Assembly (NCBI GenBank): GCA_006226545.1
Contig: SBGR01000006.1
Location: 18,930-82,929, forward strand
Source of the DNA: Bacteroidota bacterium
GTDB lineage: Bacteria > Bacteroidota > Bacteroidia > UBA8524
Length of the DNA stretch: 64,000 bases
Direction of reading: 5' to 3'
Positions 50,470 through 60,931 of the stretch are shown here, piece by piece; the stretch's first letter is position 1; each line of letters opens with the position of its first letter. A program made the translations under genes and the position numbers. Below the pieces are notes generated by a model that searched no databases, was not told the origin of the DNA, and was given only the letters and a program-made list of their open reading frames with translations.

Positions 50470-51216
50470 ATGAAAATTCTGGCCGTTATTCCTGCAAGGT
50501 ATGCCTCTACCCGATTTCCGGGCAAACCCTTGGCTTTGATTCAGGGGAAACCTATGATTCAGTGGGTATACGAAGGCGTTCACAATACCGGATTGTTTCA
50601 GGCATGTATTGTGGCCACAGACGATCAAAGAATTGCCGATGCTGTGTCCGGCTTTGGTGGCAGGTATTGTCTTACCTCTCCAAATCACCCCTCCGGTACC
50701 GACCGCTGCGCCGAAGTGGCATCGCTTCAAAATGAAAACTATGACTATATAGTCAATATTCAAGGAGATGAGCCTTTAGTGAATGAGAATCAATTGGCTA
50801 GCCTCGTTAAAGCCTTAGACGGACAAACAGAAATTGCTTCCCAATACATTCACTTGAATAAAAAAGAAGACATCCTTAATCCTTCGCGGGTAAAGGTTGT
50901 TCTCAATGCCGAACATGAAGCACTTTACTTCAGTCGTTCTCCCATCCCATTTCTTCGCCAACTCCAAGAAGACCAATGGGCCGACTCAGGTGAGTTTAGA
51001 GGTCACGTTGGATTGTACGCTTACCGAAGTGATATTCTCCAAGAATTAAGCAAGCTAAAACCGGGAACATTGGAACAGCTTGAATCGCTAGAACAACTGC
51101 GTTGGCTGGAAAAAGGCTATAAAATAAAAATGGTATTCACGGATCACCAAAGCGTAGGTGTTGATACACCGGAAGATTTGGAAACGGTAAGTGAATTAAT
51201 GAATAGAACTACATGA
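50470..51216 (+). CDS. kdsB: 3-deoxy-manno-octulosonate cytidylyltransferase
   Basis: The N-terminus MKILAVIPARYASTRFPGKPL is KdsB-specific. Confidence 0.85.
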   Translation: MKILAVIPARYASTRFPGKPLALIQGKPMIQWVYEGVHNTGLFQACIVATDDQRIADAVSGFGGRYCLTSPNHPSGTDRCAEVASLQNENYDYIVNIQGDEPLVNENQLASLVKALDGQTEIASQYIHLNKKEDILNPSRVKVVLNAEHEALYFSRSPIPFLRQLQEDQWADSGEFRGHVGLYAYRSDILQELSKLKPGTLEQLESLEQLRWLEKGYKIKMVFTDHQSVGVDTPEDLETVSELMNRTT

Positions 51217-51659
51217 ATCGAGAATTTTGGCTGAATGCAGCTAAACAAGTACTGGCAGACCGAATTCAACATGCTGAAAAAGCGATGAAAAGAGCGCAAG
51301 AAGCAGCCAATTCGGAAGAGAAAAGTTCGGCCGGCGATAAATACGAAACTGCCCGTGCAATGGGACAATTGGAGCGCGATATGCATGCTCGTCAGTTGGA
51401 TCAAGCGCTAAAAGAGATGCAGATGCTGGAGCGATTACCTGCTGCTAGCGGAGAAAGTATTCAAAACGGAAGTCTGGTACAAACCTCCAACGGAGCCTAT
51501 TTCTTAAGCATTGGCTTAGGTAAATTGGAATTTGGAAAAGAGAATTGCATCCTCCTTTCAGCCGCTTCCCCGCTTGGTAAATTATTTATCGGTAAAAAAG
51601 CCGGTGAAGAAATCAACTGGAACAAAGAAACCATCACCATCGAAGCCATCTTGTCATGA
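51213..51659 (+). CDS. GreA/GreB-like protein (C-terminal FKBP-like domain)
   Basis: 148 aa. The C-terminal region resembles the GreA C-domain. Overlaps both neighbours by 4 bp. Confidence 0.4.
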   Translation: MNREFWLNAAKQVLADRIQHAEKAMKRAQEAANSEEKSSAGDKYETARAMGQLERDMHARQLDQALKEMQMLERLPAASGESIQNGSLVQTSNGAYFLSIGLGKLEFGKENCILLSAASPLGKLFIGKKAGEEINWNKETITIEAILS

Positions 51660-53560
51660 ATTTACTTTCCGTAAACGGACTCGCTAAGTCGTTTGGCGAT
51701 AAAAAACTATTTCAAGATGTAAGTTTTGGAATTGAATCCGGACAAAGAGCTGCCCTTGTTGCTAAAAACGGCAGTGGTAAATCCACCATGCTTCGCATTC
51801 TTAAAGGATTGGACATCCCCGATGCTGGCGAATTCGCGTTCAACCAAAACATCCGGCATGCCTTCTTGGAACAGGAACCGGAGTTTGTATCAGGCAGCAA
51901 CCTGAGGGAAGCGCTGTTTAATTCGGAGAACCGCGTATTAACAGCGGTGCGTGAATACGAGACAGCGATGGAAAACCTGGAAGAAGACCCCAGCGAATCG
52001 AACCAAAAAGCCCTTGCCAATGCCATGGAGCAAATGGATGAGATGGAAGCTTGGGACCTCGAATCGAAGATTAAATTGATTCTGCAGAAGCTGAACATCG
52101 GCAAGTTGGATCAATTAGTTGATACCTTATCAGGCGGACAAAAAAAGCGTTTAGCGATGGCCAGAGTCTTGATTGATGAGCCTCAACTCCTCATCATGGA
52201 CGAGCCTACCAACCACCTGGATCTGGAAATGATTGAGTGGCTGGAAGCTTATTTCGACCGCAACGATATCAGCCTTTTACTCGTAACGCACGACCGTCAC
52301 TTCTTGGATCATGTGTGTACCGATATCTACGAATTGGATCGCTTTGGTATTTACCGTTACCAAGGAAATTACGAATACTTTATTGAGAAAAAGGCCGAAC
52401 GTGAGGCCAATGAAGATGCCGCAGCAGACAAAGCCCGTAACCTATACCGCAAAGAATTGGAATGGGTTCGTAGGCAACCTAAAGCCCGCGGTACCAAGTC
52501 GAAATCCAGACTAGAAGCCTTTGAAGTACTCAAGGATAAAAGTAAAAAAATCCAACGTGGCGATAAGGTTGGGATGGATTTTCAGATGAGTCGCCTTGGT
52601 GGTAAAATTCTAGAAATCAAACACGTAAATAAGACATTTGGCGATTTACGTATACTCAACGACTTCAGCTATACTTTCCGCAAAGGAGAACGTATAGGCA
52701 TCGTTGGAAAAAACGGCGCCGGTAAAAGTACCTTCCTCAAATTAATCATGCAGGAATTGGCTCCCGACTCCGGCGAACTGGTTTTAGGTGAAACAATTGT
52801 TAGCGGGTATTATAGCCAGGATGGCTTAGACCTTCCCAACGACAAACGCGTAATTGAAGTGGTGCGTGATGCCGGTGATCACATTCCAATGGCCGATGGC
52901 TCTGTTTTAACGGCCGTTCAGCTATTGCAAATGTTCCTTTTTCCACCCGAAACCCAACACGGTTTTGTGAGCAAGCTCAGCGGTGGCGAGCGAAAGCGTC
53001 TGTATTTGCTGACGATCCTGATGAAGAATCCAAACTTCTTGATTCTGGATGAGCCTACCAACGACTTAGACTTAATGACCTTGAGTGTATTGGAGGATTT
53101 CCTTCTCAATTTCAAAGGTTGTTTGATTCTGGTTACCCACGACCGTTATTTCATGGACAAGCTGGTGGATCAGCTTTTGGTTTTTGAAGGCAATGCTGTA
53201 ATTGAAGGCTTTGTTGGCACTTATACAGAATACAGAGAGCTGAAAAGCGAAGCCAAAGAGAGAGCCAAGGAAGAAGAAAGAGCGAAGGAGAAGGAAGCAA
53301 AAGCAGAGCCTATTCCGGTTGAAGCTCCGCCTGCGGTTCAAACAGAACCTAAACGTAAACTGAGTTTCAAAGAGAAGTTTGAGTTGGAACAATTGGACAA
53401 GGACATTCCGGCTTTGGAAGCGTTAAAAGCGAAACTGGAAACTGAAATGACCTCTGTGGGCAGCGACCATACCCGTCTTCTTGAAATCACCGAACAATTA
53501 GCACAAGTGAACAATGATTTGGAAGAAAAGGAATTGCGCTGGCTGGAGTTGAGTGAATAG
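51656..53560 (+). CDS. ABC-F family ATPase (translation factor type)
   Basis: 634 aa with two NBDs (GKNGSGKST / LSGGQKKR and GKNGAGKST / LSGGERKR) and a C-terminal Lys/Glu coiled-coil. Confidence 0.8.
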   Translation: MNLLSVNGLAKSFGDKKLFQDVSFGIESGQRAALVAKNGSGKSTMLRILKGLDIPDAGEFAFNQNIRHAFLEQEPEFVSGSNLREALFNSENRVLTAVREYETAMENLEEDPSESNQKALANAMEQMDEMEAWDLESKIKLILQKLNIGKLDQLVDTLSGGQKKRLAMARVLIDEPQLLIMDEPTNHLDLEMIEWLEAYFDRNDISLLLVTHDRHFLDHVCTDIYELDRFGIYRYQGNYEYFIEKKAEREANEDAAADKARNLYRKELEWVRRQPKARGTKSKSRLEAFEVLKDKSKKIQRGDKVGMDFQMSRLGGKILEIKHVNKTFGDLRILNDFSYTFRKGERIGIVGKNGAGKSTFLKLIMQELAPDSGELVLGETIVSGYYSQDGLDLPNDKRVIEVVRDAGDHIPMADGSVLTAVQLLQMFLFPPETQHGFVSKLSGGERKRLYLLTILMKNPNFLILDEPTNDLDLMTLSVLEDFLLNFKGCLILVTHDRYFMDKLVDQLLVFEGNAVIEGFVGTYTEYRELKSEAKERAKEEERAKEKEAKAEPIPVEAPPAVQTEPKRKLSFKEKFELEQLDKDIPALEALKAKLETEMTSVGSDHTRLLEITEQLAQVNNDLEEKELRWLELSE

Positions 53561-53716
53561 TAGTTGGTAGTTAGAAGTTGGAATAACTTTATTCTTATCC
53601 TGATTATCTAAATTATTTATTCTCATCCCTTTACCCTCAAGGAATGACTAAAAGACAATTTGAGTCTAAAAGTCAAAAGGTCCAAAAGTCTGTCTCTCCG
53701 TCTCTCTCACTCAACC

Positions 53717-54979
53717 TCAATACCCATACTTGTCTTTCCAGAGCTTACGCATACGTTCTGCTATGGCTGATTCCTTTTCATTTTCTCCCGGAACATAGAA
53801 TTTTTGTCCGCGCAATTGAGCCGGCATAAACTCTTGTTCTACAAAGTTATCCGGGAAATCGTGGGCGTATTTATAATCCTTGCCGTAGCCCATTTCACGC
53901 ATCAGTTTGGTAGGCGCATTTCGCAGGTGAAGCGGCACTTCCATATCGCCTGTCTCTTGTACCCTTGCAATCGCTTGATTGATGGCCTTATAACTGGCAT
54001 TGCTCTTAGGTGCAGTAGCTAAGTAAATGGCAGTTTGACTCAAGAGAATTCGGGCTTCAGGATAACCTATCACATTTACAGCTTGAAAACAGGAGTTGGC
54101 TAGAACCAAGGCTTGTGGATCGGCCATACCTACGTCTTCTGAGGCTAGAATTAACATACGTCTAGCGATGAATAAAGGGTCTTCCCCGGCATGAACCATC
54201 CTCGCCATATAATACAAGGCGGCCTGTGGATCACTGCCACGCATGGACTTGATGAAGGCCGAAACGATATCGTAATGTTGCTCTCCCTCTTTGTCGTAGC
54301 GCGCTACCTGGTCTTTCGCCACCTTCTTAACCATGGCATTGGTTACATGAACCTCCGTCCCACCTTCTTGTAAAACCACCATTTCAAAGAGGTTAAGCAT
54401 ACGTCGCGCATCACCGCCTGAAAGCAGCAATAACGCCTCTTTTTCGTCGAGGTGAATGTCTTTCGTTTTCAGAATCTCGTCTTCTGCCGAAGCACGTTCT
54501 AGCATCAGTAAAAGATCGTCTGCATCGTGACTTTCCAAATGGTAAACCTGACAACGGGATAACAAGGCCGGAATCACTTCGAAGGAAGGATTCTCTGTTG
54601 TAGCGCCAATTAGGGTGATTTTCCCCTTTTCAACCGCGCCTAATAAGGCATCTTGTTGCGATTTACTGAAGCGGTGAATCTCATCGATAAACAGTACCGG
54701 CGGAAACAAGCCCCCACCTGAATTGATTACTTCACGCACGTCTTTTACCCCGGCCGAAATAGCACTCAGCACATGAAAGCTGCGTTTGAGCGATGAAGCA
54801 ATAATCTCAGCCAAGGTGGTTTTACCCACGCCGGGAGGTCCCCAGAGAATCATACTTGGAATTTGCCCATTCGCCACAAAACGGCTGATAATTCCTTCTT
54901 CACCCACCAAATGTTTCTGACCGATATAATCTGCCAGACTCCGTGGTCTCATCCGCTCTGCTAATGGGGCATAATTCAT
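53717..54979 (-). CDS. rarA: replication-associated recombination protein A (AAA+ ATPase)
   Basis: 420 aa with the motif [11 protein letters not shown] and RarA/MgsA C-terminal domains. Confidence 0.85.
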   Translation of the reverse strand: MNYAPLAERMRPRSLADYIGQKHLVGEEGIISRFVANGQIPSMILWGPPGVGKTTLAEIIASSLKRSFHVLSAISAGVKDVREVINSGGGLFPPVLFIDEIHRFSKSQQDALLGAVEKGKITLIGATTENPSFEVIPALLSRCQVYHLESHDADDLLLMLERASAEDEILKTKDIHLDEKEALLLLSGGDARRMLNLFEMVVLQEGGTEVHVTNAMVKKVAKDQVARYDKEGEQHYDIVSAFIKSMRGSDPQAALYYMARMVHAGEDPLFIARRMLILASEDVGMADPQALVLANSCFQAVNVIGYPEARILLSQTAIYLATAPKSNASYKAINQAIARVQETGDMEVPLHLRNAPTKLMREMGYGKDYKYAHDFPDNFVEQEFMPAQLRGQKFYVPGENEKESAIAERMRKLWKDKYGY

Positions 54980-54997
54980 AGGGCGAAGATAGGAAAG

Positions 54998-56416
54998 CTA
55001 AGGCCTTGCGTAAAGCAAACGGAAAAACTCTTTCCACCAAGGTCTCCTCTTTTCAAGCGGGATTTTAACCCAACAGCAAAAAGCCCCGGTTCCGAAATCT
55101 TCGGTTGCGCTATCGATGGCTTCATCTCGGTACAAAAGCGCGGCAATCCTAAAATTACCTACCATATTGCTTCCTGCAAATTTCGGAATCAGGTAATAGT
55201 GGCGAGCGGTATCTACTTCTTCTTCGCTTTCCCAAAATTTCACTTTGTAAAAAAGAATTTGGCTTTTAGCATAGACCTTTTCCAACATCTCCACTTCAGC
55301 CCTTCCTCCAAAATAACTAGCGCGTTTGGAAAGCGGATAAACCTGCAAGGTTTTATGCATGAAGCGAAGAAACTCCGATTCATCGTATGGCAGTCCCCTC
55401 ATGCGTAAGCCAAGCTTGGGTGCTCCGGGAATGCTAAAATCGGGTGATCCCAAGGTAAAAGGAATGCTCAACCCAATGTCCAATGTCTTTTCCTTAACCA
55501 ATACCAAGGCCGTCAGCCTGGCTACCAGCACTTGCATAATAAACAACAAAGGCGAAGAAACAATCAGAAATGCACCCACTGTATTTTGTTTACCGTCTGC
55601 GAGGTATTCCATCAAAAACAGTATTTGCATCAACACCAGAAGGGTAAGTGTGCTTCTGCGAATGGCTTGCATCGGTATGCCTTTTTCTTCCTGAAAATGA
55701 ATGGAGTGGTTGAGCAGGTTATTGAATAAAAGCGCGAATACCTCAACGCAAATCAGGTATACAAGAAACGTGATTGTTATGCCCGCTAAATCCGTAATAT
55801 GCCCTTCATCCACTAAGACAGAAGGCGAATTATAGAGTCCGTGAAGAAAAGCACCGGCAAATAGCCAGGGTAAGGCTTGATTGGATTTTTTATCGAGGAT
55901 TCGGACGATACCGTAGGCCCCGATTCCGGTAAAAAGCGCATGGCCGGTTAAGGAAAGTATCTCCCGGTAATGCAATACCCAGTTTCCATATTTCAAGGCA
56001 TATCCGATGTTTTCAACAGCTCCGAAGCCCAATCCTATGCAGGCTCCAAACAGCAGCCAATTCACTTTATCTGTTTTGAGTTTTGGAATGAGCGCCATTC
56101 CGGCAACAAGCAAAAGCATTTTAGAAATCTCCTCAATTAATGCTGATGACAAGAACATATCCAAGTAGGGATCTGAAATGAAATCGCTAAAGTCCACCAG
56201 CTGAAACAACCCGAATAAGGGTAATGTGCTTAAGGCACCCAAACAAAAGAAGAACATTACATGAAGCCATTTTGCCGGATGAAAGATGTTAAGAATTCGA
56301 AACAAATACAGCCAAATGAAAGAGGCCACAACTGTACTAAGTAGGGCAAAAAGGAGGTTCATGGTGGAATATAAAAAAAGTCCCCGAATGCCGAGGCACC
56401 GGGGACTTACAAACAC
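54998..56416 (-). CDS. PrsW-family intramembrane protease-like protein with long C-terminal extension
   Basis: 472 aa polytopic protein with an EExxK-like block (LIEEISK), GHALFTG and HGLYNS blocks. The C-terminal roughly 170 aa form a soluble domain. Confidence 0.45.
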   Translation of the reverse strand: MFVSPRCLGIRGLFLYSTMNLLFALLSTVVASFIWLYLFRILNIFHPAKWLHVMFFFCLGALSTLPLFGLFQLVDFSDFISDPYLDMFLSSALIEEISKMLLLVAGMALIPKLKTDKVNWLLFGACIGLGFGAVENIGYALKYGNWVLHYREILSLTGHALFTGIGAYGIVRILDKKSNQALPWLFAGAFLHGLYNSPSVLVDEGHITDLAGITITFLVYLICVEVFALLFNNLLNHSIHFQEEKGIPMQAIRRSTLTLLVLMQILFLMEYLADGKQNTVGAFLIVSSPLLFIMQVLVARLTALVLVKEKTLDIGLSIPFTLGSPDFSIPGAPKLGLRMRGLPYDESEFLRFMHKTLQVYPLSKRASYFGGRAEVEMLEKVYAKSQILFYKVKFWESEEEVDTARHYYLIPKFAGSNMVGNFRIAALLYRDEAIDSATEDFGTGAFCCWVKIPLEKRRPWWKEFFRLLYARP

Positions 56417-56427
56417 AAGAAAAAGGA

Positions 56428-58545
56428 TTAAGGTATTTTCTTAAGGCCCATGCTCCAGAGCATGAAAGCTAGTTTATCGCTTTGTTCGTCGATCACCATG
56501 GAGGTTGGTTTTCCGGCACCGTGGCCCGCATTCACGTCAATGCGAATCAAACAAGGTGCATTGCCGGCTTGCGCTTCTTGCAAGGCCGCAGCAAACTTAA
56601 AGCTATGTGCAGGAACCACTCTATCGTCGTGATCTCCGGTGGTAATCATGGTTGCCGGATACTTAGTTCCTGCTTTGCAGTTGTGTACCGGTGAATACGC
56701 CAATAGGTAATCAAACATTTCTTTCGAATCATTGGCTGTTCCGTAATCGGTAGCCCAGCCTGCTCCCGCCGTAAAGGTATGGTAGCGTAGCATGTCTAAT
56801 ACGCCCACTGCCGGAAACGCCACACGCATCAAATCAGGTCTTTGGGTCATGGTGGCTCCAACCAATAATCCTCCGTTGGAACCGCCTGAAATCGCTAAAT
56901 AACCTGATGTGGTATACTTCTCTGAAATCAGGTATTCCGCAGCAGCGATGAAATCGTCAAATACATTCTGTTTTTTCAGCTGCGTGCCTGCCATATGCCA
57001 TTCTTCACCGTATTCGCCACCACCTCTTAAGTTGGCCACAGCATAAACTCCACCTAATTCCAATAATGGCAATACCGATGTACTGAAGTTTGGTGTTAAG
57101 CTAATATTGAATCCGCCGTAACCGTAGAGCATGGTTGGGTTTTTCCCGTTCAGCTCCAAGCCTTTTTTATGGGTAATCATCATCGGCACTTTGGTACCGT
57201 CTTTAGAGGTATAAAATACCTGATGCGACTCATAGAGATCCGGGTTGAAATCCAATTTCGGACTTCTAAACAAACTGTTTTCGCCCGTTTCCGGATTGTA
57301 AGCATAAACCGAAGTTGGCGTGATATACGAGCTGAACAAGAAGTACAAGGTACTATCGTGTTCTTTGCCAGAGAATCCATAAGCAGAACCTTGACCAGGA
57401 AGGGCTACTTCTCTCACTTTTTCGCCCGCATAATTGTATTGAATTACCTGTGTTAAAGCGTCTTTAAGGTATTTAGCGAAAAGAAAATTCGCACCGTGGG
57501 AAACAGATAGAACATTCTCAGTTTCGGCGATAAGTACCTTGTGGTTTTCAGCAGCCGGATTGGTCATATCAATTTCCAAAAGGCGGCGTTTAGGTGCGTT
57601 CAATGAACTTAGCAGGTACAACTTATCTCCTTTAAAAACGATTGGGTCATGCTCTGCATCGTAGTTTCCATAGAGCGTTTGCACTGCTTTATCAGCAGAG
57701 TTTAAGTCCATGTACAAGAGTTTATTACCACTGGTTGACTGGGCAGTCGTAATCATCAGCCAACGTCTGTTTTCTGATAACATAGCTCCTACATATCTTT
57801 CCGGATTGGCGTCGTCACCAAAGACCAATTGATCTGCTGAGGCCGGTGTTCCAAGTTTATGGTAATACAATTTGTGATTGAAGGTTTGCGAAGAAAGCTT
57901 GCTACCGTTTTTGTCGGCATAGCTCGCATAATAAAAACCTTCGTTTCCATTCCAGGTGATACCGGAGAATTTCACATCCGTAATAACGTCATCCAGTTTG
58001 TTACCATTGGCATCCATGACGTGGATCTCTTGCCAATCGGCTCCACCTTTACTAATGGCATAACCTAAAAGCGAACCGTCTTCTGTAAAGGAAAGTGAAC
58101 CTAACGATGTGGTTCCGTCTTCGCTTAATTTATTCGGGTCCAAGAATACAGCAGGTTCTTGTCCGGCTTTCTCGCGGTATAAAACCGACTGATTTTGGAG
58201 TCCGTCGTTCTTAAAGTAATAGGTATACTCTCCTTCGGTAAAAGGCGCTGAGAACTTTTCGTAGTTGAAAAGTGTGGTCATGCGCTCTTTCAGCTGTTTT
58301 CTGTACGGAATCTGATCGAGATACGCATAGGTAAATTCATTCTGACGTTTTACCCAGTCGGCCGTCTCCGCACTGGTATCGTTTTCCAGCCAGCGGTAAG
58401 GATCGTTGACGACAGTTCCGAAGAAGCTATCTTGAACTTCTGATTTTTTCGTTTCGGGATAATTCATGTTGGATTGACTACAGGCTGACAAAAGCAAGAC
58501 CGATGCAGCACTTGCCCATAAATGAGCTGATTTGGCAGTTTTCAT
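56428..58545 (-). CDS. prolyl oligopeptidase (S9A family)
   Basis: About 705 aa with the catalytic GGSNGG nucleophile elbow and a beta-propeller N-domain. Start taken at MKTAKS. Confidence 0.8.
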   Translation of the reverse strand: MKTAKSAHLWASAASVLLLSACSQSNMNYPETKKSEVQDSFFGTVVNDPYRWLENDTSAETADWVKRQNEFTYAYLDQIPYRKQLKERMTTLFNYEKFSAPFTEGEYTYYFKNDGLQNQSVLYREKAGQEPAVFLDPNKLSEDGTTSLGSLSFTEDGSLLGYAISKGGADWQEIHVMDANGNKLDDVITDVKFSGITWNGNEGFYYASYADKNGSKLSSQTFNHKLYYHKLGTPASADQLVFGDDANPERYVGAMLSENRRWLMITTAQSTSGNKLLYMDLNSADKAVQTLYGNYDAEHDPIVFKGDKLYLLSSLNAPKRRLLEIDMTNPAAENHKVLIAETENVLSVSHGANFLFAKYLKDALTQVIQYNYAGEKVREVALPGQGSAYGFSGKEHDSTLYFLFSSYITPTSVYAYNPETGENSLFRSPKLDFNPDLYESHQVFYTSKDGTKVPMMITHKKGLELNGKNPTMLYGYGGFNISLTPNFSTSVLPLLELGGVYAVANLRGGGEYGEEWHMAGTQLKKQNVFDDFIAAAEYLISEKYTTSGYLAISGGSNGGLLVGATMTQRPDLMRVAFPAVGVLDMLRYHTFTAGAGWATDYGTANDSKEMFDYLLAYSPVHNCKAGTKYPATMITTGDHDDRVVPAHSFKFAAALQEAQAGNAPCLIRIDVNAGHGAGKPTSMVIDEQSDKLAFMLWSMGLKKIP

Positions 58546-58646
58546 GACGTGGTTGTTTCTGACAAAATTGCCAATTCCTTTTGAAGCCACCAGCTTATCC
58601 AGATGAAAAACTAATTTTGTCCGACGAAGTACTAAACAGAATCAAC

Positions 58647-58814
58647 ATGATTTTCCGCAAGCTCTTATCCTATTTAATGTTCTGGAAATCGCAAGAAAGC
58701 GCCGATGGCAAGAAGCCTAGCAGCTATTTGCGTATGATGCATGGCATCAATAAAATCAGCATTTTAATGTTCTTGTTAGCGATGATTTACATGATTTACA
58801 AATACTACCGTTGA
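58647..58814 (+). CDS. putative small membrane protein (about 55 aa)
   Basis: The internal Met of a 77-aa ORF gives a C-terminal hydrophobic helix ILMFLLAMIYMIY. It lies in a 268-bp intergenic gap. Weak call. Confidence 0.2.
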   Translation: MIFRKLLSYLMFWKSQESADGKKPSSYLRMMHGINKISILMFLLAMIYMIYKYYR

Positions 58815-58857
58815 TTTGGAATGTGCTTTGATGATTGAACACTAGAGATTATTTACC

Positions 58858-59544
58858 ATGACAACAACTTTCTATTTCATCAGTATTCTCATTATGGTCA
58901 TCAGTATTGGTGTCCAATTTAGATTTAGATCCAGAGCTCGTCGCTTTTCTCAAAATGGATTAGCAAACGGCTTAAGCGGCGCAGAAATCGCAACTAAAAT
59001 GCTGCATGATCACGGCATCTACGATGTTCAGGTTATCCATACAGCAGGTGAGTTAACGGACCATTACGATCCTACCAAAAAGACAGTCAACTTAAGCGAC
59101 GATGTGTTTTTCGGTCGCTCTACCCTCGCAGCGGCAGTGGCAGCTCACGAATGCGGACACGCCGTTCAGCATGCTAAAGCCTATAGCTGGTTGGAATTCC
59201 GTTCCACCATGGTTGGCCCGGTTAGCGTGGCTTCTCGTTATATGACATGGGTAATCTTAGGTGGTTTTGTTTTAGCCGCCATGGGCATTGGAACCATGTT
59301 ATTGAAAGTGGGCGTGGTGCTTTTCGCCTTAACCACTGTTTTTAGTTTCGTAACCCTTCCTGTAGAATTTGACGCCAGCAAACGTGCTTTGGCTTGGCTA
59401 AACGATAAAAACATGGTTTCTACAAGCGAAGGCAATGAGGCTAGAGAAGCTTTAAATTGGGCAGCAACTACATATGTTATGGCGGCCTTATCATCGCTTG
59501 CAACATTGCTTTACTACGCTTCCCTTTTAATGGGCGACGATTAA
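58858..59544 (+). CDS. YugP-like neutral zinc metallopeptidase
   Basis: 228 aa with the motif AHECGHAVQH and flanking TM helices. Confidence 0.65.
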   Translation: MTTTFYFISILIMVISIGVQFRFRSRARRFSQNGLANGLSGAEIATKMLHDHGIYDVQVIHTAGELTDHYDPTKKTVNLSDDVFFGRSTLAAAVAAHECGHAVQHAKAYSWLEFRSTMVGPVSVASRYMTWVILGGFVLAAMGIGTMLLKVGVVLFALTTVFSFVTLPVEFDASKRALAWLNDKNMVSTSEGNEAREALNWAATTYVMAALSSLATLLYYASLLMGDD

Positions 59545-59565
59545 TTCAGAACGTTTTGTAAAAAC

Positions 59566-59593
59566 TAAAGCACCTTTCGAGGTGCTTTTTTTA
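59566..59593 (+). terminator. rho-independent terminator after zinc metallopeptidase gene
   Basis: Hairpin AGCACCT-TTCG-AGGTGCT followed by a T8 run. Confidence 0.75.
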
Positions 59594-59635
59594 TGGCCTA
59601 TACACAGATTCCTTCAATATTCGTTTCTTTGAAGT

Positions 59636-60931
59636 ATGCGCCAATTATTGAGTTTACTTCTATCCTGCTCCAGTCTTTTGCTCCTCGCTCAAAGCAGTCA
59701 AACCCTTGAGCTGACTGAATTTGGCAAGGATAAACACTTCAATACTTCGCGATCCATATTGCCGGTTTTTAAATTGGAGAATAACCAGGTTGAAGCGTTT
59801 CGCGATTTTGGCGTACCGGAAGACGATCCCAAAAACCCTATTTCGGTAAAACTGCCTGAAACCGGTGCTTGCCGCGATACCGGCTATTTCTATTTGTATT
59901 CCAATTTTGGTGGAAAGAATAAGTCGGCCTATACGCCTGTGATGGTTTTAAACTACGGTAGAAGAACCTATCCGGCTGTGTTTTTTGTTGACCGCAATCA
60001 GAACTTCGACTTTACTGACGATGGCACACCGGATACCTTTTATTTTGTATTGAAGTATTTCGATATCCGTATTCAGAATCCACATGACACACTTCAATCA
60101 GTAGTAACGCGGATTAGTCGCTTTCCATTTAATGAGGATTTGAAGTTTAAAAAGTTGGCAGACGAGTACTATAAGATGTACAGTGGTCGACGGAAATTTG
60201 TGGGAACGGATTTCAGTTTCCGCGAACAGCGTTTTCAAATTAGAAGCAGTCAGGCTATTGCCAACAACGATACCTTCACCCTTTCACTACTGGATGCCAA
60301 TTTCAATGGTTTATACAATGAACCGGAAGTAGATCAGATTCTACTCGATTTACCGGGCGTAGAATTGGTTTCTAGAGACAAGTCCTTTCCCATCGCTAAA
60401 GACACAAAAGAACGCTACTTTGAGCGCAGCTTTAAATCGTATAAGGTTCTAGCGATTGACCCTTATGGACGCAGTATTACGTTTCAATTCGATCCATCTA
60501 AAAAAGCGAAACGCCAGTTAGTAGAAGGAGAAAAAGTCCCCAAGTTTACTTTTAGAGATCCCTACAATAACAAAGAGAAATTGCGCTGGTACAGTTATAA
60601 ACCGGTTTATATTTATTTCTGGAGTAAAGAAACACCCGAGTTCGAAGACGATACCGCCGCCTTGCGTATCATTCAAGAGAAATTTTGCCCCATGATCAAA
60701 ATCATCGCTTTAAACTATGGCGATAACCCACGCATGTTAGAAGGCTATGTTGAATTCAATAAAGTGTATTGGCTAAACGGCGTAGCTACCAAAAACATCA
60801 TGGAAACCTTTAATGTAGAGGAAGTTCCCTATGGCTTCTTATTAAAGAAAGGCCGACGCTTATACAAAAAGGGTATTAGTCCGCAAGAAGTACTTCAAAT
60901 GCTCGAAGAAGGAATTATTCAATCGTGGTAA
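59636..60931 (+). CDS. hypothetical secreted protein with C-terminal thioredoxin-like fold lacking CxxC
   Basis: 431 aa with a signal peptide. The C-terminal roughly 120 aa resemble a TlpA-like fold, but the WCxxC position reads FWSKETPEF. Confidence 0.35.
   Translation: MRQLLSLLLSCSSLLLLAQSSQTLELTEFGKDKHFNTSRSILPVFKLENNQVEAFRDFGVPEDDPKNPISVKLPETGACRDTGYFYLYSNFGGKNKSAYTPVMVLNYGRRTYPAVFFVDRNQNFDFTDDGTPDTFYFVLKYFDIRIQNPHDTLQSVVTRISRFPFNEDLKFKKLADEYYKMYSGRRKFVGTDFSFREQRFQIRSSQAIANNDTFTLSLLDANFNGLYNEPEVDQILLDLPGVELVSRDKSFPIAKDTKERYFERSFKSYKVLAIDPYGRSITFQFDPSKKAKRQLVEGEKVPKFTFRDPYNNKEKLRWYSYKPVYIYFWSKETPEFEDDTAALRIIQEKFCPMIKIIALNYGDNPRMLEGYVEFNKVYWLNGVATKNIMETFNVEEVPYGFLLKKGRRLYKKGISPQEVLQMLEEGIIQSW

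Noticed and set aside
53644-53829. 61-aa ORF overlapping the rarA 3' end
   Set aside because: It is mostly antisense to rarA, and its translation is a low-complexity Ser/Leu run.
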